A stretch of DNA of 64,000 nucleotides from Erythrobacteraceae bacterium (GTDB taxonomy: Bacteria > Pseudomonadota > Alphaproteobacteria > Sphingomonadales > Sphingomonadaceae), in assembly GCA_027487015.1 (NCBI GenBank), contig JAIYEK010000169.1, positions 9,080 to 73,079 of the forward strand, given 5' to 3'. This document shows, piece after piece, positions 1 through 8,972 of this stretch. How positions within the stretch are numbered: the first letter of the stretch is position 1; every line of letters begins with the position of its first letter. Made by a program: the position numbers and the translations under genes. Below the pieces are notes generated by a model, which was not told where the DNA came from, ran no database searches, and worked only from the letters and a program-made list of their open reading frames with translations.

Positions 1-339
1 CATTATGCACTGCGCCCGTGTCTTATGGACCTGCAGTATCCGAAAAATTGGCATGTGCCCGGCATGGATGAGGGCCGCCATCCTTGCGTAGAGCTGGCCA
101 TGATCAGGGGGGACGACCGCCGCGTGCCGTAGGTGCGCCATGATACGATGCGCGATATCGGCCGACTGCCCGGTGTAGATCGGCAAGCCGGGAAACACAG
201 CTTCCGGATCGGGCTCCGTTGGGTCGATGATGACGTAGTTGACGTACGATCCCGTCGGAACGAGCGCCACGGCATCGACGACAATCGCTTTGAACTGAGC
301 CCTGAGGCTGTCGGCGAACAATGGGATTCTTCTGGGCAT
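1..339 (-). CDS. hypothetical protein, N-terminal part only (ORF runs off the left edge); weak GIY-YIG-like motif
   Basis: I translated the minus strand from the ATG at 339-337: MPRRIPLFADSLRAQFKAIVVDAVALVPTGSYVNYVIIDPTEPDPEAVFPGLPIYTGQSADIAHRIMAHLRHAAVVPPDHGQLYARMAALIHAGHMPIFRILQ... It stays open to position 1 and has GC-rich third positions. It is absent from the ORF track because it has no stop inside the window. PIYTGQS...R...H loosely resembles a GIY-YIG core. Confidence 0.45.
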   Translation of the reverse strand, partial: MPRRIPLFADSLRAQFKAIVVDAVALVPTGSYVNYVIIDPTEPDPEAVFPGLPIYTGQSADIAHRIMAHLRHAAVVPPDHGQLYARMAALIHAGHMPIFRILQVHKTRAQCIM

Positions 340-416
340 GCGACGATCCTTTTCGAGTTGTTGAACTCGACCTCATCATCACCCCCTCCACTCTCCTATT
401 GACCGCCCCCTTAAAA

Positions 417-475
417 TTGGCCGTATATGGCCAATAATATCGACATTAAGGACATATTCGGCCATATATGGCCGA
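417..475. promoter_or_regulatory. pair of 18-bp palindromes, putative HipB operators
   Basis: TTGGCCGTATATGGCCAA (417-434) has one central mismatch. TCGGCCATATATGGCCGA (458-475) is a perfect palindrome. Their centres are 41 bp apart, just upstream of the internal ATG at 499 that begins the HTH part of the antitoxin ORF. Confidence 0.6.
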
Positions 476-498
476 TGATTCTCACACTTCATGATCAG

Positions 499-786
499 AT
501 GACGAACCTCGGCAAGCGGATCAAAGTCCGCCGCCTGGCCCTCGATCTTACGCAGCAAGCTGCGGCTGCCAAAGCAGGAGTAGCTCACCGAACGTGGCGA
601 CGGATGGAAGCCGAAGGCGCAGCTTCCATCGAAGACCTTGTTCGCGCCGCCATTGCGCTGCGATGCGATGAGGGCATTGCCGCGCTGTTCCCAGAGATGG
701 CGGCAAACAGCATGGATGAACTGCTCGCGCAGCAACGCAAGGCAACCAAGCCACAGCGGCAGCGCGCTGCGGGGACAAGGCCATGA
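499..786 (+). CDS. hipB: XRE-family HTH antitoxin, HipB-like
   Basis: MTNLGKRIKVRRLALDLTQQAAAAKAGVAHRTWRRMEAEG is a typical Cro/C1 HTH. The stop overlaps the hipA-like start. The ORF track starts at 427, but that extension covers the operator palindromes, so ATG 499 is preferred. Confidence 0.75.
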   Translation: MTNLGKRIKVRRLALDLTQQAAAAKAGVAHRTWRRMEAEGAASIEDLVRAAIALRCDEGIAALFPEMAANSMDELLAQQRKATKPQRQRAAGTRP

Positions 787-2045
787 AGCTTACTCCGGGA
801 ACGCCCTTGGCAGTGGGGCTACTCACCGATCAGAATTCACCGGCGCGTTCGGTCGGCAGGCTCGCGATGGCTGCTGGACTGGCGCAGCTCGAATGGTCGG
901 CAGACGTCATTGCCGAGGGCCTCACAATCTCTCCCCTGCGCTACCCAGCCGAGCCCGGTTTGCACTCTGCGCGCAGTCGGACATTCGATGGCCTTCACGG
1001 TTTCTTGTCGGATTGCCTGCCCGATGCCTGGGGGATGCTGTTGTTGAAACGTCGGGTCCAGCAGTTGGGCAACCGTTTCGAAGATCTCGATGCGGTCGAC
1101 CGGCTAGCCATGGTTGGCACGAAAGGGCGCGGTGCTCTGGTCTTTCAGCCTGAAACACTCACGGGCGAGCCAGCTGACAGCATCGACCTTGACCTTCTGG
1201 CCGATGAAGCCCGCCATGTGCTGCTGGGCGAGGAGTCCGAATTGGATGACCTGCTAGCGCGCCTCGGCGGCGGTTCTGGCGGCGCGCGGCCGAAAGTCCA
1301 CGTGGCGATCGGGGCAGACGGCAGGCTGTTCGCCGGAGACGAATTGACTGTCGCGGGAACCGAAAACGCCAGTGAGGAATGGATCGTCAAGTTTGCAGCA
1401 ACCAACGATCCCGCTGACATTGGGCCACTGGAAGAGGCCTACGCCAGGATGGCCCGCGCCGCGCATATCGACATGGCTGAAACACGGCTGATCCCTTCGG
1501 CGACCAAGCCAGGCCATTTCGCAACCAAGCGGTTCGATCGACCCGCGCCCGGCAAGCGGCTGCACATGGTCAGCCTTGGTGGAGCGCTCGAAGCATCACC
1601 GCATATGCCGAGCGTCGACTATGACGGGTTCCTGAAAGCGACATTGGCCATCACCCATAGCATGGCAGACGTGGAACAGGCCTTCCGTCGAATGGTCTTC
1701 AATGTGCTCTCGCGAAATCGCGACGATCATGTCCGCCAACATGCATACCTGATGGATGATCGGGGGAACTGGCGGCTTGCGCCTGCCTTCGACCTCACGT
1801 TCTCAAACGGCCCCGGCGGCGAGCATTACATGGCTGTTCTGGGCGAAGGCCGCGCCATCACTCGCGAGCATGTCGAGAAGCTTGGGAAGAATCATGGGAT
1901 CCCCGCCAAACGTGTTGCCGCCGCTATCGACGATGTCCGTGCGGCCCTCGCCGATTGGCCGTCGCATGCGCGTGACACCGGAGTTGGACAATCGCTGCCT
2001 TTGGTGCGCGACGGTCTGGACGAAGTTGCGCGCCTGTTCGGCTGA
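783..2045 (+). CDS. hipA: HipA-family serine/threonine kinase toxin
   Basis: The N-terminus matches the HipA coupling domain (LPDAWGMLLLKRRV..., DRLAMVGTKGRGALVF). GGSGGARPKV is present. The C-terminal kinase core reads SRNRDDHVRQHAYLMDDRGNWRLAPAFDLTFS. There is a 4-nt overlap with hipB. Confidence 0.9.
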   Translation: MKLTPGTPLAVGLLTDQNSPARSVGRLAMAAGLAQLEWSADVIAEGLTISPLRYPAEPGLHSARSRTFDGLHGFLSDCLPDAWGMLLLKRRVQQLGNRFEDLDAVDRLAMVGTKGRGALVFQPETLTGEPADSIDLDLLADEARHVLLGEESELDDLLARLGGGSGGARPKVHVAIGADGRLFAGDELTVAGTENASEEWIVKFAATNDPADIGPLEEAYARMARAAHIDMAETRLIPSATKPGHFATKRFDRPAPGKRLHMVSLGGALEASPHMPSVDYDGFLKATLAITHSMADVEQAFRRMVFNVLSRNRDDHVRQHAYLMDDRGNWRLAPAFDLTFSNGPGGEHYMAVLGEGRAITREHVEKLGKNHGIPAKRVAAAIDDVRAALADWPSHARDTGVGQSLPLVRDGLDEVARLFG

Positions 2046-2146
2046 GTTATCCGTTCCGAGCATCAATTTGCTCGCGCAAGGTGGAAAGCGCGTCTTGGCC
2101 GAGAAAAATTTGCTGCATTTACTGATGAATCGCCCATTATGCCCTT

Positions 2147-2177
2147 TTGACAATCACCCTACGTTGGCTTGGATAAT
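2147..2177 (+). promoter_or_regulatory. candidate sigma70-type promoter upstream of the ankyrin-sigma gene
   Basis: TTGACA (2147-2152) and GATAAT (2172-2177) lie in a visibly AT-richer intergenic stretch. The spacer is 19 nt, which is long, so this is weak. Confidence 0.25.
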
Positions 2178-2254
2178 CGGAAATTCCTTATGGAACGCAA
2201 TCAGTCATCGTTCCGTCAACATTTGGTGCAATCGGCTAATGGCGCGCGGGCTTC

Positions 2255-4618
2255 ATGAAGCCAGAAAAAACTCGATCACTCGAATTCATGACCGAGGAGG
2301 AGAGAGCCTTTCACGCTTGCCGTGATCGCGAGACGCTGTCGGTGACAGATGAGGCTGGGCGGAGTTTGCTCCATATTGCTGCGCAAGGAGGAAAGGCCGC
2401 GATCTGCCGAATTTATCTCAATGCTGGGATAGATCCATCGAAGGTCGACAATGTCGGGCGGACCGCAGCCGACCTAGCCAAGCTTGCAGGTTATGCATCC
2501 TTGTCACGATTGCTGGAAAATGCTGCCGCCCAACAAACCAAGCCGACAGCACAAGGGGCTACCAAGGGATACGATCAGCCACTCGATGTCCGTGAGCAAA
2601 GGGCCCTGATTGCTGGAGATCTTGACGTCTTGGTTGGATTGATAGCCGCCAAGCGACTAGATGCCCGGAACGCAAAAGGAGACTCACCGATCCATCTCGC
2701 TGCGGCCGGAGGTCATTTGCTTCTATGTAGTCAGCTGTTCGAGGCCGGTGCCGACACGTCGAGCCGGAACAACAGTGGGCAGACACCTGCAGATATGGCC
2801 TCAGAAGCAGGTCATCGGCAATTGGCAGCTATGCTCCGTGGTCTGAACCACGAAAGGCTAAAGCCGGGAGCTCAGGCCGCCCCCCCCGTTGCGAGAGTAG
2901 AGGGCGACTATGCCGATGCCTCCAATCAGGAAATGGATGCCCTTGCCGAGCTTGATTTCGACTCGGAAGAGGAGCCGGTCGCATTCCATGCTCGGCAGGA
3001 CATCGATACGGTGTCTGCTACCTTCGTCGCCATTCCATCAGGGTCGGGATTGCGGACGGGAGATATTGCGGAGAACGAAGATTGGGAAGTGCCGAGTAGC
3101 CTTGCGAAGGTTCGGGCGAATGATCATGTGGCCGATAGCTCGACGGATGAGTTTGCCGGTGCAGCCGCAGGAATACCCGATTTTTCGTCACTCGATGGTC
3201 GTTCCAGCCGGCGGCCCCGCAAACTCATAAGTACGCGCTTCCAAATCGACGAAGCTGCATGTCGCCGCTGGGTTCGCGATAGGCTTGCCACTGGCGAGGC
3301 TGATGACCAAGCCATAGGAGACTTGCTAGGCGAATGTCGTGGGAATCAATCTCCCGACGAGCTTGCTGTGAATGTCCTCAAGGCACTAGCGGATGCCGGT
3401 ATCCGTACCGAGGAATCGACTGAGCCTTGCCTGCAGCTTCATTCGCCTTCGACTATCTTCGTCGACGAGGATGATCTCGTCGAGGCAATCGCAGCTGCTT
3501 GTACGAGAAATACGGTCGTTCCAGGGCGCCAGCTATTCAGCGTTGACCGGGCGACCGAACAACGCCTCGTTCGGGAGATTTCGAAAGCTAGGCACGAATT
3601 GCTGAATGCGATCCTCGACGATCCAGTATTGCTCGCCGCAATTGTCATGCGCGGTGAAAAGGTACTCGAGCGTGAAATCGCAGTAGATGCCTTTACCGAT
3701 CTTGAGATCGAGGTTGCCGATGACGAAGATTTTGATGGGGGATTCTCCATCAATTTGGAAACCTTGCGGGAAGTGCGAGATGCGGGGGTAGCGATCGGCG
3801 GGCGTGCACGTCGACGGGCTATGGAGTCTCTTGATGGTCTGGAACTAACCAGATCGTGCCTAAACGATTTAGCTCTTGAAGTCGGAGGCAAGACCGCAAG
3901 CGCGATTGGGCACCTTCTCGCTGCCTGCGATCGTTCTGCCGAGAGTTTTCTTCTGGCCCATCTTCCATTCGCAAGGCGCGAAACAGCCAAGATGGCGCTA
4001 CCAGACGAAGATCCGGAAGAATTGTTTCAAGAAGCATATTTCGCACTACGACGTGCAGTTGAGCGGTTTGATCCCGATCGCGGCGTACGCTTCTATCTCT
4101 ATGCTCTCTTCTGGATCCGGCAGCAGATTGGCCGATGGCGCCTAAATACTATGTCGTTGATCCGGGTACCTGTTCATCGCTACGAACTTAATTCAAAGAT
4201 CACCGCCTTCAAGGAGGAATTTTTGGACCAATACTATCGTGAGCCTACTGATCTGGAAATCTCAAATCACCTTGAGTGCGATGTCAAAGCGATCAAATCA
4301 TTGGCACTAGCGCTGTCGAAGCCTTTGGTATTCGATCAAATCATGTCGGACCGGGCAGATGTTGAAGATTCACCCGAAGAACTGGCGAGACGGCGGCAAT
4401 CGAATAAACTAATCAGGCATGAGCTGAATGAGCTCGATGAACGTCAGAATGACATTCTCCAAATGAGGTTTGGCATCGACCGCGATGATGAAATGACCTT
4501 GGAAGAAATTGGACAAATATACGGAGTCACGCGCGAACGAATTCGTCAAATTGAAGCAAAAGCTTTAGCAAAGCTGGGCCATCCTGGACGTGTTCGTTTC
4601 CTCCGAGAGTTGCTGTGA
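2255..4618 (+). CDS. ankyrin-repeat / sigma-70 family fusion protein (787 aa)
   Basis: N-terminal ANK-like repeats: GRSLLHIAAQGGKAAICRIYLNAGIDPSKVDNVGRTAADLAKLAGY and KGDSPIHLAAAGGHLLLCSQLFEAGADTSSRNNSGQTPADMASEAGH. The C-terminus carries sigma70 regions 2-4: EAYFALRRAVERFDPDRGVRFYLYALFWIRQQI, LIRVPVH, LDERQNDILQMRFGI...MTLEEIGQIYGVTRERIRQIEAKALAKLGHP. The stop overlaps the next start. Confidence 0.85.
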   Translation: MKPEKTRSLEFMTEEERAFHACRDRETLSVTDEAGRSLLHIAAQGGKAAICRIYLNAGIDPSKVDNVGRTAADLAKLAGYASLSRLLENAAAQQTKPTAQGATKGYDQPLDVREQRALIAGDLDVLVGLIAAKRLDARNAKGDSPIHLAAAGGHLLLCSQLFEAGADTSSRNNSGQTPADMASEAGHRQLAAMLRGLNHERLKPGAQAAPPVARVEGDYADASNQEMDALAELDFDSEEEPVAFHARQDIDTVSATFVAIPSGSGLRTGDIAENEDWEVPSSLAKVRANDHVADSSTDEFAGAAAGIPDFSSLDGRSSRRPRKLISTRFQIDEAACRRWVRDRLATGEADDQAIGDLLGECRGNQSPDELAVNVLKALADAGIRTEESTEPCLQLHSPSTIFVDEDDLVEAIAAACTRNTVVPGRQLFSVDRATEQRLVREISKARHELLNAILDDPVLLAAIVMRGEKVLEREIAVDAFTDLEIEVADDEDFDGGFSINLETLREVRDAGVAIGGRARRRAMESLDGLELTRSCLNDLALEVGGKTASAIGHLLAACDRSAESFLLAHLPFARRETAKMALPDEDPEELFQEAYFALRRAVERFDPDRGVRFYLYALFWIRQQIGRWRLNTMSLIRVPVHRYELNSKITAFKEEFLDQYYREPTDLEISNHLECDVKAIKSLALALSKPLVFDQIMSDRADVEDSPEELARRRQSNKLIRHELNELDERQNDILQMRFGIDRDDEMTLEEIGQIYGVTRERIRQIEAKALAKLGHPGRVRFLRELL

Positions 4619-6105
4619 TGGGTCACCCAAGAAACGTGCCTCCCGCTGCCGGAGCGATGCTCGAGTCTCTGCGCGGTCTTGGGTATACGACGGCGACAGC
4701 TATCGCAGACCTGATTGACAACTCGATCAGTGCGGAAGCATCGCTGGTCGATATCCATTTTGCATGGGCAGGTGCCGACAGTTGGATCAGAATAGCTGAC
4801 AACGGCAAGGGCATGTCCGACGCCGATCTGGAGTCCGCCATGCGGCTAGGCGCTCGTGACCCGAGAGAAGCGCGAACCCCGGGTGATCTTGGCCGGTTCG
4901 GAATGGGGCTGAAAACCGCCTCGTTCTCGCAGGCAAGAATTCTGACTGTTGCGAGCCGCGCTCAAGGCCAAGGCAAGTGCTGCCTTAGATGGGACTTGGA
5001 CAACCTTGGGGGCGAAGCGGGCCATTGGTTGCTGCACGAAGGATGCAAGCTTGGCTCGGAAGATCGCCTTGCAACGGATTGCACCTCAGAGATTGGTACA
5101 GTTGTGCTATGGGAAAATCTCGACCGCATCGTGACAGATGGATTTTCGGCCCAAGACATGATCGATCTCGCCGATGAGGTCGAAGCTCACCTAGCCATGA
5201 CATTTCATCGGCTGCTCGATGACGGATTGACACTCAAGCTCAATGGGCAGCGAATTCGAGGGTGGGACCCTTTCCTGACAGGACACCCTGGAAAGGCCCT
5301 GGAAAGTGTGGAGTACAAGTTCCTCCATGCCTCGGGCGTCGTCGCACAGTGTCATGTTCTCCCACACAAGGATCTGCTCAAGCCGGGCGAACACGAGGCA
5401 GCCGCCGGTCTAGGCGGTTGGGTGGCACAGCAGGGTTTCTACATCTACCGGAACAAGCGGCTGCTACTCGCAGGTGGCTGGCTTGGATTAGGAGAGCGCG
5501 GTCGGCGCTGGACTCGCGATGAGCCACATCGACTTGCCAGAATTCGCTTGGACATTCCGAACAGTGCGGATTCGGAGTGGAAGATCAATATCCTGAAGTC
5601 CACTGCGAGCGTTCCCGTCCGGCTACGAAGCCAGTTCTTGAAGCTGGGGTCCGAGACCCGCGACGTCGCAAGACGCGTTTTTGCGCATCGCGGTCGGCTC
5701 ATCACAGCAGGCGGCAAACCTGGCGGAAGCTTGCCCGATGTATGGGCAGCCCGACATTCGACCAAAGGTATCTCATACCGCATTTCAAGAGATCATGATC
5801 TTGTAGCTGCACTTCTTGAACGCGCGGGTCCGATGAAAGCTGACCTGCTATCGCTGCTACGCTTGATTGAAGAAACCGTGCCCGTGCAGCGCATATGGTT
5901 AGATACTGCCGAGCAGAATGACACCCCGAAGGGCGATTTCGTTGCAGCTCCGACAGCCGAAATCGTGGACACACTGACCAGCATCTTCGAGGCGCTGGTC
6001 GAATTCAGAGGCATGGATCCGGACGAGGCGCGACAACGGTTGGCAAGAACTCCGCCGTTCGATCAGTACCCGGAAATCGTCGCCGAAATTGGCAGGAAGA
6101 ATTGA
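4615..6105 (+). CDS. GHKL-superfamily ATPase (HATPase_c_3 / MutL-MORC-like ATP-binding protein)
   Basis: Bergerat-fold motifs are present: DLIDNSISAEA (N box), IADNGKGMSDADL (G1), GRFGMGLKTASFS (G2). The start is GTG 4615 or ATG 4618, overlapping the upstream TGA (4616-4618). Confidence 0.8.
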   Translation: MMGHPRNVPPAAGAMLESLRGLGYTTATAIADLIDNSISAEASLVDIHFAWAGADSWIRIADNGKGMSDADLESAMRLGARDPREARTPGDLGRFGMGLKTASFSQARILTVASRAQGQGKCCLRWDLDNLGGEAGHWLLHEGCKLGSEDRLATDCTSEIGTVVLWENLDRIVTDGFSAQDMIDLADEVEAHLAMTFHRLLDDGLTLKLNGQRIRGWDPFLTGHPGKALESVEYKFLHASGVVAQCHVLPHKDLLKPGEHEAAAGLGGWVAQQGFYIYRNKRLLLAGGWLGLGERGRRWTRDEPHRLARIRLDIPNSADSEWKINILKSTASVPVRLRSQFLKLGSETRDVARRVFAHRGRLITAGGKPGGSLPDVWAARHSTKGISYRISRDHDLVAALLERAGPMKADLLSLLRLIEETVPVQRIWLDTAEQNDTPKGDFVAAPTAEIVDTLTSIFEALVEFRGMDPDEARQRLARTPPFDQYPEIVAEIGRKN

Positions 6106-8972
6106 TGTCGACAAATGATCAGCGCGCGTTTGATGCGATCCTCAGCATGGCGCAAAACCTTCTGCGCCGCACATCGATCAAGACTGGCTTGGCGATCACT
6201 CCAGAAATGATCGATGCAGAGCTGAACAAGCTCGCAGTGTTGATGGAGGACGACTTTGCGATCGTTGATCGTGAGCAGCTCGTCGATGAGTTGATCCGAC
6301 GGTACAGCCATACGGTTGGCCGCAATGCCACCCTGTCGGACGACTCCGATCACGTCCCTTGGCTTACAGCCGAACGGAAGAGGGATTGGTTGTATTGGCG
6401 CCGCTACTCAGAATACATGGAAGCCAAGATACCTCTAGTAGCCCTCGACGCTCTCGACGAGGCGACGGATGAGGTATTGGGCCACCTAGAAGACCCGAAC
6501 CGTGAAGGCGATTGGGACAGACGCGGCCTCGTCGTTGGTCACGTTCAGTCAGGCAAGACTGGGAACTACACCGGGCTAATCTGCAAGGCGGCAGACGCCG
6601 GCTACAAGATCATCATCGTTCTTGCGGGGTTGCACAACAACCTCCGAGCCCAGACCCAGATCCGCCTAGACGAAGGGTTCCTTGGTTTCGCGACGCTGGC
6701 GAATGTGGAAGACCTGCCAGCGGTTGGGGTTGGATTGATCGACGCGGATCATTCGATCAGGCCAAACTACGCCACAAACCGCACGGAACATGGCGACTTC
6801 ACCAAGGCGGCGGCGGCCAAGCTTGGGGTGACCCCCGAGCAGCGCCCTTGGCTGTTCGTGGTCAAGAAGAACAAGACTGTATTGGAGCGGCTGCTAAGCT
6901 GGATCCGCAACCGCGTGGCCGATTACACAGACCCTGTGACCGGGCGGAAGATTGTTACTAATCTGCCAATTCTAATCATCGACGACGAGTCGGATCACGG
7001 ATCTGTCGATACAGGAGAAGATGTCGTCGATGAAAACGGCAAGCCTGATCTCGAGCATCAGCCAACCACGATCAATCGGCTCATCAGGTCCATCCTGAAC
7101 CACTTCGCCCGTTCAGCCTACGTTGGTTATACCGCCACGCCCTTCGCCAACATCTTCATCCACGACAAGGGGGCGACCGAAGAGCACGGTCCGGATCTAT
7201 TCCCGGCAGCGTTCATTACGAACCTAGCAGCGCCATCCAACTACATCGGCCCCGGTCGGGTGTTTGGTTCGGCTTCATCGACTGCCGCAGACCTGCCACT
7301 GACCCGCCCCCTAGCCGAGGCGGAATACGCACCTTGGGTTCCTCCGAAGCACCGCAATGGCTTTCGGCCGAAATGGGATGGCAGCGCAAAGATTCCTGAT
7401 TCGCTCGAAGAAGCCATCAGGTCCTTCATCTACGCCTGCGCCGTTCGGAAGCTCCGTGGCCAAGGCAATCGTCATTCGTCGATGCTGGTGCATGTGACCC
7501 GATTTACGTCGGTGCAAAACGAAGTGGTGGGCCAAATCGCCGAGTATGTCCGCGAACTCAGGGGGCGCTACCAGCGCGGCATAGATTTGGCCGAGACCGA
7601 AAGCCTGATGCATTCGGAGTACGAGGAAAAGTTCAGGCCGGGAATGGCCCGAATCCGCAATGAGCTGGTCGAGGACGAAAAGCTGGCCGATTTCGCTTGG
7701 GCACAAATCCGCGAGGTGCTTCCTGACGTCATCGCCGACATCAAGGTCCGGGAAATCAACGGATCGGCCAAGGACGCTCTGGATTACGTAGACAACGAGG
7801 GGACCGGCCTCAAAGTCATTGCTGTCGGCGGAGACAAGCTTGCCCGCGGACTGACGCTCGAAGGCCTTTGCACCAGCTATTTTCTGCGCACAGCGCGAAT
7901 GTACGACACTCTCATGCAAATGGGCCGGTGGTTCGGGTATCGGGACGGCTATCTCGATGTCTGCAGACTCTACACCACATATGAGTTGATAGAGTGGTTC
8001 GGCCATATCGCTGACGCTGCCGAAGAGCTGAGGCAGGAGTTTGACAACATGGTCGCTGCAGGCGCAACTCCGAAGGATTTCGGGTTGCGGGTCAAGTCAC
8101 ATTCGGTGTTGACCGTCACCTCGCGCGCAAAGATGCGCAATGCGCGTCCCATGTCGTTCACCTATTCCGGGGATCTGCTGCAGACGATTGTCTTCCCAAA
8201 TCGAGCCGACGAGATCGGACTCAACTTCAAGGCCGCCGACCGCTTCATTTCAGGGTTGGGGCCAGCGCATGACCTGAACGAGCAGCAGCACCTTGTCGAA
8301 GGTCAGAAATGGTCAGGCCACCTGTGGCGCAACATTCCTGCACAGCAGGTAACGACCTTCTTGAGAGCCTACAGGACCCACCCTGCGAGCTTCCGGATCA
8401 TGAGCCCGTTGATCGCCGATTTCATCGACGAGATGAACAAGGACGGGGAGCTGACCAGCTGGACAGTGGCCCTGATTGGCAAGGACTCGGCCTCTGCTGA
8501 AGATGAGGCCGTTATTGCAGGTCTCAAGCTGGCGATGCTGACCCGCCGCAAGACCGCCAATCATGATGACCGGTATTCGATCAAGACCCTGATTTCTCCT
8601 CGCGATCAAGCCATCGACCTAACCGAAGGACAATGGAAGGCAGCTCTCGAACTTAGCAGGGAAACTTGGCGGCGGGATACCGAACGAAACGAGGGCAAGG
8701 AGCCTCCGACGGAACCTCGCGGCCCTGCCATCCGCAAGGTGCTAGGCGAAGGGTGGTCGAAATCAGGAGTGCCCGCTGTGCCCCAAAGAGGCCTGCTGAT
8801 GCTCTACCTGCTTGATCCCGCAGCCAGCGAAATCCCGGAACTGAAAGGTGCCGATCCGATAGTAGCATTCGCCGTCAGTTTTCCGGGGAGCACCTCCGAG
8901 CGACGTGTAAGCAACGCAGCCTATATGGCCAACAGCGTAATGTGGGGGGCGTTGAATGACTGGGTGGACTGA
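6102..8972 (+). CDS. Z1 domain protein (helicase/ATPase-like, restriction-associated)
   Basis: GHVQSGKTGNYTGLICKAADAGYKIIIVLAGLHNNLRAQTQIRLDE and ILIIDDESDHGS are the Walker A/B-like signatures I associate with Z1-domain proteins. The start overlaps the upstream stop (TGATG). Confidence 0.75.
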   Translation: MMSTNDQRAFDAILSMAQNLLRRTSIKTGLAITPEMIDAELNKLAVLMEDDFAIVDREQLVDELIRRYSHTVGRNATLSDDSDHVPWLTAERKRDWLYWRRYSEYMEAKIPLVALDALDEATDEVLGHLEDPNREGDWDRRGLVVGHVQSGKTGNYTGLICKAADAGYKIIIVLAGLHNNLRAQTQIRLDEGFLGFATLANVEDLPAVGVGLIDADHSIRPNYATNRTEHGDFTKAAAAKLGVTPEQRPWLFVVKKNKTVLERLLSWIRNRVADYTDPVTGRKIVTNLPILIIDDESDHGSVDTGEDVVDENGKPDLEHQPTTINRLIRSILNHFARSAYVGYTATPFANIFIHDKGATEEHGPDLFPAAFITNLAAPSNYIGPGRVFGSASSTAADLPLTRPLAEAEYAPWVPPKHRNGFRPKWDGSAKIPDSLEEAIRSFIYACAVRKLRGQGNRHSSMLVHVTRFTSVQNEVVGQIAEYVRELRGRYQRGIDLAETESLMHSEYEEKFRPGMARIRNELVEDEKLADFAWAQIREVLPDVIADIKVREINGSAKDALDYVDNEGTGLKVIAVGGDKLARGLTLEGLCTSYFLRTARMYDTLMQMGRWFGYRDGYLDVCRLYTTYELIEWFGHIADAAEELRQEFDNMVAAGATPKDFGLRVKSHSVLTVTSRAKMRNARPMSFTYSGDLLQTIVFPNRADEIGLNFKAADRFISGLGPAHDLNEQQHLVEGQKWSGHLWRNIPAQQVTTFLRAYRTHPASFRIMSPLIADFIDEMNKDGELTSWTVALIGKDSASAEDEAVIAGLKLAMLTRRKTANHDDRYSIKTLISPRDQAIDLTEGQWKAALELSRETWRRDTERNEGKEPPTEPRGPAIRKVLGEGWSKSGVPAVPQRGLLMLYLLDPAASEIPELKGADPIVAFAVSFPGSTSERRVSNAAYMANSVMWGALNDWVD

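Noticed and set aside
2880-2887. C8 homopolymer inside the ankyrin-sigma gene as a phase-variation switch
   Set aside because: It encodes AAPPV in the linker. A run of eight is short for efficient slippage in a high-GC genome, and nothing in this single sequence indicates variability.
7311-8006. 231-aa minus-strand ORF inside the Z1 gene
   Set aside because: It is antisense to a gene with clear P-loop/DEAD-like motifs, and it shows no motifs of its own.
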